From Chrysemys picta bellii (lineage: Eukaryota), in the NCBI RefSeq assembly GCF_011386835.1, contig NC_088812.1, positions 3,224,001 through 3,288,000 on the forward strand: a DNA stretch of 64,000 nt. The letters are read 5' to 3'. A model generated the notes under the pieces. That model saw nothing but the letters and a program-made list of their open reading frames with translations. It was not told the origin of the DNA and did no database searches. Positions 20,441-30,910 of the stretch are shown here, one piece after another. The position numbers were made by a program, and so were the translations under genes. How positions within the stretch are numbered: the stretch's first letter is position 1; each line of letters opens with the position of its first letter.

Positions 20441-22666
20441 CAGCTACCGACGTTACGCAAGACCTGACTTACGCAAATTCAACCTTATGCAAAAAGTTCC
20501 ATAAGGCATAAATAAAATGTTCGAGTTGCAGAAAATATTGCGTAACGTACGGGAATGCAAAGTACTGTAGTGCGGTGTGCAGAGGAATACAGCATCTCCT
20601 ACAAGGGAAGGCTTTGCGCTCTCACAGCCTCTCAGTCTCGTGTTATTTCAGTGATACTGGATTTATGTTATTTCACCCTGTTATTTCATTCAAATCATGC
20701 CTGGAAAGCAACCAAGTGATGGCAAGCGTGCAGGACCAGTTCGTAAGAGAAAGAAGATTGATTTAGAGCAGAAAATGAAAATAGTGAAAAAGTATGAAGG
20801 CGGACAAAGCCTGTCGTCAATTGCTCGTGAACTCGATTTGGCTACCTCAACAGTGAAAAGTATTTTGAATGATAGTGCACGCATAAAAGAGCACGTGAAA
20901 GGCTCAGCTCCTTTAAAATCAACAGTCATAACGAAGCAGCGTTCTGGCGCTATCTATGAAATGGAAAAGTTATTAACAATATGGATGGACGATCAGATTC
21001 AAAAATGTGTGCCGCTTAGCCTAATGATTATTCAAGCGAAGGCTAAAAGTATTTTCGAAGACGTAAAGGGAAAATACAGTGACCCTAACGCAAAGTTTGT
21101 GGCTAGTCACGGGTGGTTTAATAGATTTAAACAACGTGCAAATTTTCACAATGTAAACGTGAGTGGTGAGGCTGCTAGTGCTGACACAAAAGCAGCTGAA
21201 AAGTATCCCGAAGTGTTACGAAAACTTATAGAAGAAGGTGGTTATACAGCACAGCAAATCTTTAACGTCGACGAAACTGGATTATTTTGGAAAAAAATGC
21301 CAGACAGAACATACATTTCAAAAGAGGAAAAGACGATGCCAGGGTTTAAGGCTGCGAAAGATAGGCTAACGCTTTTGCTTGGGGCTAATGCAGCTGGAGA
21401 TTGCAAATTGAAACCGTTGCTTGTTTATCATTCAGAAAATCCCCGTGCGTTTAAAGGCATTAGCAAGGCTACCCTTCCAGTTCATTTCCGTTCAAATGGA
21501 AAGGCTTGGATCACAACGGCACTTTTCGAAGACTGGTTTATAAATTTGTTTATCCCCGAAGTGGAAAAATTCTGCAGAGAAAACGACATCCCGTTCAAGA
21601 TTATGCTTATCGTCGATAATGCTCCTGGACATCCCGCACATTTAGATGACTTTCACCCTAATGTAAAAGTCGTGTTTCTGCCTCCTAACAAGACTTCGAT
21701 CCTACAGCCCATGGATCAGGGGGTCATTGCTAATTTTAAAGCCTATTATCTACGAAGAACATTTGCACAGGCAGTAGAAGCAACTGACAGAGAGACTGGC
21801 AAGACTTTACGTGATTTTTGGAACTCATATAACATTTACCAAGCCATCATAAACATTGCTAAGGCCTGGGCAGAGGTTACCCAGGTTTGTTTGAATGCCG
21901 TATGGAAGAAAGCATGCCCACAGTTCGTACGCAGCTTTAAAGGTTTCGAAAAAGACAAAACATATGAGGAGGTGGCAGATGAAATTGTGAAGCTTGCCGA
22001 GCAGCTTGAGCTGGAGGTTGATGTTGGCGATGTGGATGAGTTTATCGAATCCCATGGAGCTGAATTATCAAATGAGGATCTCATGGAATTAGAAGCAGCA
22101 AAAGTAAAAGAGCAGACTGAAGCGGAGGATGAAGTTGAAGAAGTAGAAGAGCCACGACACTTCAACACTAAGGAGATGGCACTTGCATTTCGTGAGATTG
22201 ACTCTGCAATGGCAAGGTTTGAGAAGATGGACCCCAACTCCTCACGATTCTTGAAAGTGAACAGAGGCATTGACGAAACGCTGGCCTGTTATAGACAGAT
22301 ATATGAAGAGAAGAAAAAGGCCACTATCCAGTCATCTCTCGATAAGTTTGTAAGGAAGGTTGAAAGGCCTGCAATGTCCACATCTCCACCGCCTTCCACC
22401 TCCAAAGCCCCCTCTGACGACCCCGATGATGTAATGCCTGTCTCCTCCTCTCCTTCCTCATCTACAAATTAAGCCCATTGTCATCCGCCACCAAAATGGA
22501 GCCTTCAGCGTGCCAGGATAATAATAGGATTAAGGTAAATGTAATATTTTTGTTGTAATTGTTTGGTTTTTTTATGCTTGCACAATATACGTTTCCAACT
22601 TATGTAAAATTTGGGTTATGCAAGGCTTTCCGGAACAGAACAATTGCGTAAGTCAGGGAGTGTCTG
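20441..22666 (+). mobile_element. Tigger (pogo/Tc1-mariner) DNA transposon, near full length
   Basis: TA at 20439-20440 and at 22667-22668. Right end (reverse complement) CAGACACTCCCTGACTTACGCAA. Left end CAGCTACCGACGTTACGCAAGACCTGACTTACGCAA shares CCTGACTTACGCAA. Confidence 0.88.
20697..22472 (+). CDS. Tigger transposase (TIGD1-like, CENP-B HTH + DDE_1 domain), 591 aa, intact
   Basis: N-terminal KRKKIDLEQKMKIV HTH, CENP-B HTH (ASHGWFNRFKQR), catalytic aspartates in FNVDETGLFWK, IVDNAPGH and QPMDQGVI; no stop or frameshift. Confidence 0.95.
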   Translation: MPGKQPSDGKRAGPVRKRKKIDLEQKMKIVKKYEGGQSLSSIARELDLATSTVKSILNDSARIKEHVKGSAPLKSTVITKQRSGAIYEMEKLLTIWMDDQIQKCVPLSLMIIQAKAKSIFEDVKGKYSDPNAKFVASHGWFNRFKQRANFHNVNVSGEAASADTKAAEKYPEVLRKLIEEGGYTAQQIFNVDETGLFWKKMPDRTYISKEEKTMPGFKAAKDRLTLLLGANAAGDCKLKPLLVYHSENPRAFKGISKATLPVHFRSNGKAWITTALFEDWFINLFIPEVEKFCRENDIPFKIMLIVDNAPGHPAHLDDFHPNVKVVFLPPNKTSILQPMDQGVIANFKAYYLRRTFAQAVEATDRETGKTLRDFWNSYNIYQAIINIAKAWAEVTQVCLNAVWKKACPQFVRSFKGFEKDKTYEEVADEIVKLAEQLELEVDVGDVDEFIESHGAELSNEDLMELEAAKVKEQTEAEDEVEEVEEPRHFNTKEMALAFREIDSAMARFEKMDPNSSRFLKVNRGIDETLACYRQIYEEKKKATIQSSLDKFVRKVERPAMSTSPPPSTSKAPSDDPDDVMPVSSSPSSSTN

Positions 22667-23153
22667 TATTGATAAACCAACAAAGTGGAATGTAACATTC
22701 ATGTGATCTTTATAAAATGCCTTTTACAATAAACAGTGCTATGAGACAGTTAGCGACAACAATCTCCCCCTGGCACGCTGGAAGAAAGACATTTCAAAAG
22801 CAGCAGGGTGCGGAAGTTTGACAAGAGCCACTGGCCACTGCATAATCCTTTTGTATCTTCCGTAGACTTTAATTACATCTCACCTATTCCCACTTTTATA
22901 AAGACTGAATCTTACCAGGCGTGTTTTTTAACCTGTCTGGCTCTCATGCCCTTTAGGATACTATCAGAGCTTGAAAGTTCAGGAGTTTTTAAAATAACTT
23001 TAACAATCAAACAAACTGCAACAGGAATAGAAAAAGAGGCCCTTATCTGACCTGTAGTCTTGTTTTTCCTTTTGCATCAGAATAGTAGCTACACAATGGT
23101 TTGAGTGGTTCATTTGGGCTTTTGATTCCAGCTGGCCCTTCTTCCTAGTGTTC

Positions 23154-26100
23154 TCACACCTCTGGCTGCACGCACAAGTCTTTATAAGCTGCCTCCACAG
23201 TGTGGCAGACTTGTCTGAGCTCCGTTTGGATCTGGCTGATCCTCTCCATTATCTCGGAGAGCTCTTGGAGCTTATCCTGCATTTGCTTGTTATGGCGATC
23301 GTAAATGAGAAACATCATTTCCTCCAGCTTCTCCGCCAAACTCGAAACCTTTTGGAGTGCAAGGAAAGACAGGCCTTAGGAATTAAAATGGACCAGAGGC
23401 TGATGGCTTGAATATTAAGGGTTGCATTGTCCCCCTACTCCCAGAGTAACAGGATGCAACTACTGTTGATTTCATGTTGGGATGGGTCTGAGTCTTGCCC
23501 TAAGTGTGACTTTTTTTCATGAGTTTTAGACAGAATGGACTAAAACTGATCTCTGCATAAATGTAAATGCTTCTTGCAGGCTTCTTGCACCATCTTCTGA
23601 AAGCATGTGGAGTTGGCTGTGTGAGAGCCAGGATACTGACTCAAGGGACTGCTAGCCTGGGCCAGGCTGGCAATTTCCTATGCAGACCCCAGCCCTGCAG
23701 CTGGTCCATGCAGCACTTCAATGCAACTCCATGAGGATCTGCCTGCATGGATCTGAATGCAGGAGTGGGATCTTCATGGGACATACAGGAGGATTCTGGC
23801 TTACTAGAGGCCATGTGCTCCAGAGACCAGGGCATTGGACCGCAATTCAGGACCCCTGGGTTCTATTCCCAACTTGCCCAGGAGTTAGGTGGCTAGTGTG
23901 ATTTTTCAAAAGCCCCAAGCTGCATTTTTAGGGCTCCTAAATACTTTTGAAAATCTGGCCCAAAGCTTTAATGGCAGCCTCAGCAATGGTAAGGTGGAAA
24001 TAACTTCCCAAATGCATGGAATGCGGGACAGTCAGATGTGCTGAGCTGCTGCTGGGAGAGGCCATGATGAAGGTTTTGCGAGTGCCTGTGTGAAATGGGA
24101 GGCGTGTTGGTTTCTGCGTCTGTTGGAGATGCAAGTGGAAGCTTTATGGCCTGTTGGAGTGCGTTCGACAACAGCGATCAGAAGGTGGTAAAGAATTCAA
24201 CTTACTTTCCTCTTAACTTAGCTCCATGCTTTGAAGGCACTGGCATAAAATGAAGCTTTGGTTTGTTATTCCATTTGCATAATAATCCCTAGTTTTTATC
24301 AGTAGATCTCAAAGTACTTCACAAAGGAGGTCAGTACCATTATCCCCATGGGGACCTTGAGGCACAAAGAGGTGAAGTCACTTGTCCAAGGTCACCCAGC
24401 AGGCCAATTGCAGAGCCACGAATATAACCTTGGTCTCCTGGGTCCTAGTCCAGTAGGGTATCCTATAAGCCACACTACCTCTCTTAATAATAATAATAAT
24501 TAATAAATATCTCACTCTCATATAGCACTTGAGAAGCCTGGGTTCTATTCCCAGCTCTTCCACAGGCCTGCTGGGTGAGCATGGACAAGTCATGTTGACC
24601 TGTGCCTCGGTTTCCCCATTTTACAATGATTCTGACCATTTGTAAGGTGCTTTGAGATCTATGAATGAAAAGTGCTAGATAAGAGCCAGGCGTTCTTATA
24701 TATATTACACGTTAGTGTCACGGCAAACCCGGTGGCTGAACTTTGTGACTTTGTCCTCACCCACAACTATTTGACATTTGGGAACAATGTATACCTTCAA
24801 GTCAGCAGCACTGCTATGGGTACCTGCATGGCCCCACAGTATGCCAACATTTTTATGACTGACTTAGAACAACGCTTCCTCGGCTCTCGTCCCCTAATGC
24901 CCCTACTCTACTTGCGGTACATTGATGACATCTTCATCATCTGGACCCATGGAAAAGAAGCCTTTGAGGAATTCCACCATGATTTCAACAATTTCCATCC
25001 CACCATCAACCTCAGCCTGGACCAGTCCACACAGGAGATCCACTTCCTGGACACTACAGTGCTAATAAGCGATGGTCACATAAACACCACCCTATACCGG
25101 AAACCTACTGACCGCTATATTTACCTGCATGCCTCCAGCTTTCATCCAGACCACATCACATGATCCATTGTCTACAGCCAAGCTCTAAGATACAAGCACA
25201 TTTGCTCCTATCCCTTGGACAGAGACAAAACACCTACACGATCTCTATCAAGCGTTCTTAAAACTACAGTACCCGCTTGCTGAAGTGAAGAAACCAATTG
25301 ACAGAGCCAGAAGAATACCCAGAAATCAGCTACTCCAGGACAGGCCCAACAAAGAAAGTAACAGAACGCCACTAGCCGTCACCTTCAGCCCCCAACTAAA
25401 ACCTCTCCAGCACATCATCAAGGATCTACAACCTATCCTGACGGACGATCCTTCACTCTCACAGATTGTGGGAGACAGGCCAGTCCTCGCTTACAGACGG
25501 CCCCCCAACCTGAAGCAAATACTCACCAGCAATCCAAGTGCTATTGGCCTGCTAAACCTAGGGTTGTGAGTTCAATCCTTGAAGGGGCCATTTAGGGGAA
25601 CTGGGGTAAAAATCTGTCTGGGGATTGGTCCTGCTTTGAGCAGGGGTTTGGACTAGATGACCTCCTGAGGTCCCTTCCAACTCTGGTATTCTATGATTCT
25701 ATTCTAACCACACACCAAAAACACTAACCCAGGAACCTATCCTTGCAACAAAGCCCGTTGCCAACTCTGTTCACATATCTATTCAAGGGACACCATCATA
25801 GGACCTAATCACATCAGCCACACCATCAGAGGCTCGATCACCTGCACATCTACCAATGTGATATATGCCATCATGTGCCAGCAATGCTCCTCTGCCATGT
25901 ACAGTGGCCAAACCGGACAGTCTCTACGCAAAAGAATAAATGGACACAAATCAGATGTCAAGAATTATAACATTAGAAAAACAGTCGGAGAACACTTCAA
26001 CCTCCCTGGTCATTCAATTACAGACCTAAAAGTCACAATTCCCCAACAAAAAAACTTCAAAAACAGACTCCAGTGAGAAACTGCAGAACTGGAATTAATG

Positions 26101-29100
26101 TGCAAACGGGACACCATTAAATTAGCTTGAATAAAGACTGTGAGTGGATGGGTCATTACACAAAGTAAAAACTATTTCCCCATGCTAATTTTCCCCCCAC
26201 TGTTTTCAACTGTTTGAAATGGGCCATCCTGATTATCACTACAAAAGTTTTTTTTCTTCTGCTGATAATATCCCACCTTAATTGATTAGTCTCGTTATAA
26301 TTGGAATGGCAACACCCTTTTTTTCATGTTCTCTTTGTATATATCTCTTCCTACTGTAATTTCCACTGCATGCATCCGATGAAGTGGGTTTTAGCCCACG
26401 GAAGCTTATGCCCAAATAAATGTGTTAGTCTCTCAGGTGCCACAAGTACTCCTCGTTCTTTTTGCTGATACAGACTAACACGGCTACCACTCTGAAACGT
26501 TAGAGTCTCTGTCTGATTTTATAATGGAAAGCTCCCCGCTGTTGCATTACTTTTCTCTACATTTACATAAAATATGCTTCAAAGCATCTGATTTAATGCC
26601 TCAGAGACATGGAGGACACTCAGACTGGTGATCTGTGACTGATGCAGTTAGAATAACATGATTAAAATACATGAAATAAACATTCTGTGGATGCACAATC
26701 TTGAATGTTGTGTGTGCGGTCAGGGTGGAGAGGAGATTAGCGAGGCGGATGAAACGGGTTGCTGCATTTCGCAGCGATTCAAGTTAGTGTCTCTGAGGCG
26801 TGATATTGGGATTTCACTTCTGTTGGCAAGTAAAGTGGTTTTACATTGAAAACAAGCGCTCTACTGATTTGCTGTAACATAGCAGAGAATTAGAGAACAT
26901 GGAGACTGACAGGGTCCATCTCCTTTCAAGTAGAGTCTAGCTGCTGTTCCCCTCTTTTGTTCTGTCCAATCTACTTTTAAATGCTTTATACAGTGAAACT
27001 CCCCCCACTTTCCTTGGGGAAATGATTCCATAACCCAGTATGGGTCCCTGGGAAGAAGACCCATGTGAGAAGAGGACCTTCCTCACACAGCTTTTCCCAC
27101 TCCCATGAGAATGGAGGGCTCAGCATCCCTCCCCTCGGCCCGGTTGTCCTGGGGGGGTGGGGGGGAAGCATGACTATTGGAGGAGGGGTGGGGGTTGGAG
27201 AATGCTGCACCCAGTGAAGTTCAAAAGGAATAGACAACACCGTTCTGGGCTGTATTACCTTCCCACCGCGCTACCACCGTGCTGTGTGATGTATCCCTCT
27301 GAGGAGAGGCCCTAGTACACCTCTTGCTTGGGAGGGCCTTCTAGGGAAACTCCAGGGTGTGTGTGAGAGGAGGGATGCAATTGGAAGCACAGGCCTTTCC
27401 TGCAGAAGTCTTTGGTCTCAGGCCAATCCCCTGGGATCTATGCTGGGTCCAGTTGCCTGTTCCAGCCCAGGGCAAACCCTACCTCCGTGCTGGAATGACA
27501 TGGGGTTTATATCATGGAAGGGGGCAATCCATCCCTATGATACCCCCCCATGCACACACACACTCTCTCTCTCTCTCTCTCTCTCTCCTTTGCTCAGCAT
27601 TAAAGCGCCGCCTCTTTCACCAAACTAGCTAACTTCTCTTCCATCCTTTGGCTTCCACCCTCGAGCCCTTGTATGTAGCCATCTCAATATCCACTTCACC
27701 TTCAGCATGAGGCTCTCTCTGAAATTGCTCATGACAGTGTGGTCTTTCTTCCGGTTCTCGTTGATCTTCTCAATCAGCTGCTGCGTTCTTCTCTGCAGAT
27801 TTTCAATGTTTGAATCCAGGGCTGCGAAATAATTGGATGACTTGCCGTCCAATGCTGCTACGGGCCCATCTGCAGTGGGGCAGAGCAATGATGTGCTGGG
27901 CGATTCCTTCCTGCATTTAAATTGAAATAAATGAGCATGTGTTGTATTCCTCTGTACCCCAAGTTACACTCAAAGGCCAAAACTCAGGGGAGTTTGAGGA
28001 CTCATTGTGAAAGCATCTGCTTTGTTTCCAGATAAGAGTAACTGACATATCTGAAGCAAGGGGGGAAGTTTACCTGCTCTGTGGAAAAAGTAAACTTCCC
28101 ATCCTTTCCCTTGCTGTCATTCCTAAAGAAAGGGAGCATTTTAAAACCAAACATAGAAGGTCAGATCCTCCCCTGGTGCCTTTGTGCATGTAAAAAGGCT
28201 GCAGCTGTACAAAACTACCCTCACAATTCAATACATGAAGAAAAATTACAAAGACTAGAGCCAAAGTTATCCAGCAAAATCAGATGCCAGAGAAAACTGC
28301 TGCCAGCTATTTTGTTAATTTCTCTCATGTGGGAATTTTAGTTCTTTACATTTGTTTATTCAATAATGAAAGCAGCTTATTAACCAGAATCCATTCATCA
28401 TAAACTTGACAGCTCCTGTGTTGGCTAATTCTATTTTATAAAGGAAATACAGAGTCCCTGTTGGCTGACTTGTTTGTGAAACTACTTCTGCAGTGCTAGC
28501 AAAATTGACAGTTAATTCCATTTGATGGGGGGGGAAATGACCCACATGATGAGCACCCTCAGGTTCTAAACCAGTACCCTTGCCATGGAAGGCAGTGTGC
28601 TTAGGATCGGCCTGCTGGGTACATTATTGCATTAGCACATTACACACTACTGATCAGGATCCCCGCTCAACTCCTGATGCTATTGGCCGGCACTCCTACG
28701 TCAGTGTTTCTTAACCTTGCCTTGTGTTGGCATTTGGTCCTGAGGAGGCGTGGAGGAAATGGGTCTAAATAAACCAAGCCATCTGCCAAGGTGAAGCAGC
28801 TCATTGATGGAATTAAAAGCCAGAGACACCTGCTGTTGATTAGCTCTGTCCTCTTGTACAGAAGTACCAGTAAACAACCTACATGCCAGGTGGCTTTGTA
28901 TACACTCCACCTGCGTGCACTGTATGTACGCACCTACTGCAAGAGAGGCGGTGTGGTCCAGTGGATGGGGCACTGCACTGGGAGTCACGAGATCTGGGTT
29001 CTAAATAAATACACTAAAAGGGTCAGGGGCTGGGAGCCATTTAAGTCCCATAGAAAGGAATTGAAAGACTAACTGCTCCCATCCAAGGGCTTGTCTACAC

Positions 29101-30153
29101 ACAGCTTTTGTATCAGTTTCAAACCAGTACAGGGGGGATGGAACAATTTGTATAGTGGAGGTGCTGTGAGTCATTGAACCAAACTGTAAACCCTGTATAG
29201 AGTGGAATCCACTTCAAGCCCGGAGGTGCAGCAGTACAACCCTGTAGTGTGGATACTGTTAGCTTCATGTAGGGCTCGTCTCGGGAAAATTAAACCAATA
29301 TGGTTATAACTCATCTGACTGTCTTTTTTTTTCAGTGTAGCATGTCATTGCATCCATACACTAGGGGTATCCCAATGTAACTATACTAAACTAATATCTA
29401 ATCATACCCCTCACTGAAAGCATTCCATTGGTCCAAAGCCTGCGTTTAGAGTAGCCGTAAATGCACTGGCCGTCACCACCTCTTTAAAAGCAGTAGCTGT
29501 CCTGGGAACCACTTTATAGGACTTAAAATGAGTGATTCTGCCTGTGCCTAACACAGAGAATGTGGGAGTCATTAATTAGACAGCACTTTGCATCAGGAGA
29601 TCTCAAAGCACTTTACAAAATTGGTCAGTATCATTACTCTCATTTTACAGATGGGGAAGCTGAGGCACGGGCCTTTACTTGCCCAAAGTCACCCAGCAAA
29701 CTAGTGGCAGAGCCAGCAATTGAACCTAGGTCTCCTGAGTGCCATTCCAGTGCACTATCCATTGGGAAACACTGCCTCCAAACTAACTTTTTAACTTAAG
29801 AATGCAATTAGACACATTGTCCATACCCAATTATATTAATTAGAAAACCTAGGCTGAATACAGGCTGGGAAATTGCTACAATTAACATGAACAACCAGGG
29901 CATTCCCAACTATATATTTATTAAGAACACATTTCTCCTTTGGGAAGTTTCTGTTGGCATATTCATGGCACAAGGCACAGCATTTTCTCCCCTTTCTCTG
30001 GCTCTCAGCAAATCTTAGAAGTCTGTGCAAAACTCCTCACCTGGACAGGCTCTCACTATGTAATTCACGTCTTTCTACATCATCAAAGAACGGGCTGTCC
30101 GGTTTAGCCTGCTCATCTTCTGGCTCTGGACTTTCACATTCCTGATTAGACAT
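23154..30153 (-). CDS. SYCE2: Synaptonemal complex central element protein 2 (172 aa as read)
   Basis: Exons 30153-30041 (MSNQECESPEPEDEQ...), 27910-27700 (...YFAALDSNIENLQRRTQQLIEKINENRKKDHTVMSNFRESLMLK) and 23348-23154 (VSSLAEKLEE...ELRQVCHTVEAAYKDLCVQPEV*). GT-AG and in phase. The core matches mammalian SYCE2. The 3' end is uncertain because a donor also exists at 23159. Confidence 0.9.
24300..24690. mobile_element. Two MIR-like SINE fragments in opposite orientation
   Basis: 24310-24480 (-): tgaggcaca...aagtcacttgtccaaggtcacccagc. 24535-24690 (+): gggttctattcccagctct...tgtgcctcggtttcccc...aaggtgctttgagatc. Confidence 0.65.
25533..25705 (+). mobile_element. tRNA-derived SINE with CR1 3' tail, nested in the Penelope element
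   Basis: B-box-like gagttcaatcc, then ggactagatgacctcctgaggtcccttccaa...ctatgattctattct CR1 tail. The Penelope sequence resumes at aaccacac (25706). Confidence 0.85.
26372..26411 (+). ncRNA. Penelope-associated hammerhead-ribozyme-like motif (core mutated to GGAA)
   Basis: GCAT-CCGATGA-A-GTGGG(ttttag)CCCAC-GGA-AGCT-T-ATGC: helix I GCAT/ATGC, helix II GTGGG/CCCAC, palindromic AGCT. Confidence 0.5.
27563..27586 (+). repeat. (CT)n microsatellite
   Basis: ctctctct run following (ca)n. Confidence 0.85.
29575..29780 (-). mobile_element. MIR-like SINE
   Basis: gatctcaaagcactttaca...cattttacagatggggaagctgaggca...cccaaagtcacccagc...gaacctaggtctcctgagt. Confidence 0.7.
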
Positions 30154-30468
30154 CGTAACCTTTAAAAAATAGAGAGATTGTTCAGGAGGCTGCATGGATC
30201 AGGCACTGAATTGGGACTTATTCTAGCCCTTGGCTCTGCCACTAATTTGCTGTGTGACCCTTCTGCCTTGTCTATTTAGAGTAGGAGCTCTCCAGGGCAG
30301 GGACTGTCTCTTACAAAGTATTTGTACAACACTTAGCAAAATGGGGCCCTGATCTTGGTGCAGCCTCTAGTCTCTAAAGTAACACATATAATTAATAAGA
30401 ATAACAGGCTCAAAATCACTGACCTGCATGAGCTACTAAAGCAAACTGAGAGTTTTAAACATATTCAG

Positions 30469-30910
30469 TAGAGCTTGATGGGAACTTTTGATGATGTTTC
30501 TTGGGGCGGGGGTGTGGAAAATGCTGATTCTTCCTAACTGAATCTTCCCATGGGACCATGTCAGTTTCGATTAATTTTTTGTTTTGAAAAAGAAAATTTT
30601 GAACAATATCAAAAGAGCCGTTTTTGACATGTTCATAATTAAACATTTGGAATTTTCAGTTCAAAACTACTTTTTGTTTAAAAATGTATGTTATTTTATA
30701 TTTTTAAAATAAAAAAGGTCAAAACTGAAACACGACAGATTGAATTAATGGAAAGGAAATATTTCAGTTTACCCCAAATGATTTTTTTCAGTGTTTCAGT
30801 TTATGAAAAATTTTGAGATTTTGGCTGTTCGTCCCTGTTTGGAACCAGGAAAAAAGTCAAACGCTCAAAATTTGTCATAGGATGGGAAATCCATTTCCTG
30901 ACCAGCTCTA
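30469..30910. mobile_element. hAT-type MITE (AT-rich)
   Basis: Ends tagagcttgatgggaa / tttcctgaccagctcta. Flanking 8-mers atattcag / acattgag (6/8 identical) suggest a decayed TSD. Confidence 0.55.

Larger units (their letters stand above)
24715..26498 (+). mobile_element. Penelope-like retroelement, 5'-truncated and decayed (RT + GIY-YIG endonuclease)
   Basis: RT fragment with TAMGTCMAPQYANIFM and YLRYIDDIFIIW (24672-25163). GIY-YIG fragment IYAIMCQQCSSAMYSGQTGQSLRKRINGHKSD...GEHFNLPGH (25858-26076). Stops and frameshifts present; 3' end carries a hammerhead-like motif. Confidence 0.93.

Noticed and set aside
21836-22270. 144-aa ORF antisense to the transposase
   Set aside because: Shadow of the acidic helical region of the transposase.
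27700-27869. Alternative SYCE2 acceptor at CTGCAG (exon start 27869)
   Set aside because: Gives a phase incompatible with the upstream exon; the acceptor at 27910 restores the frame.
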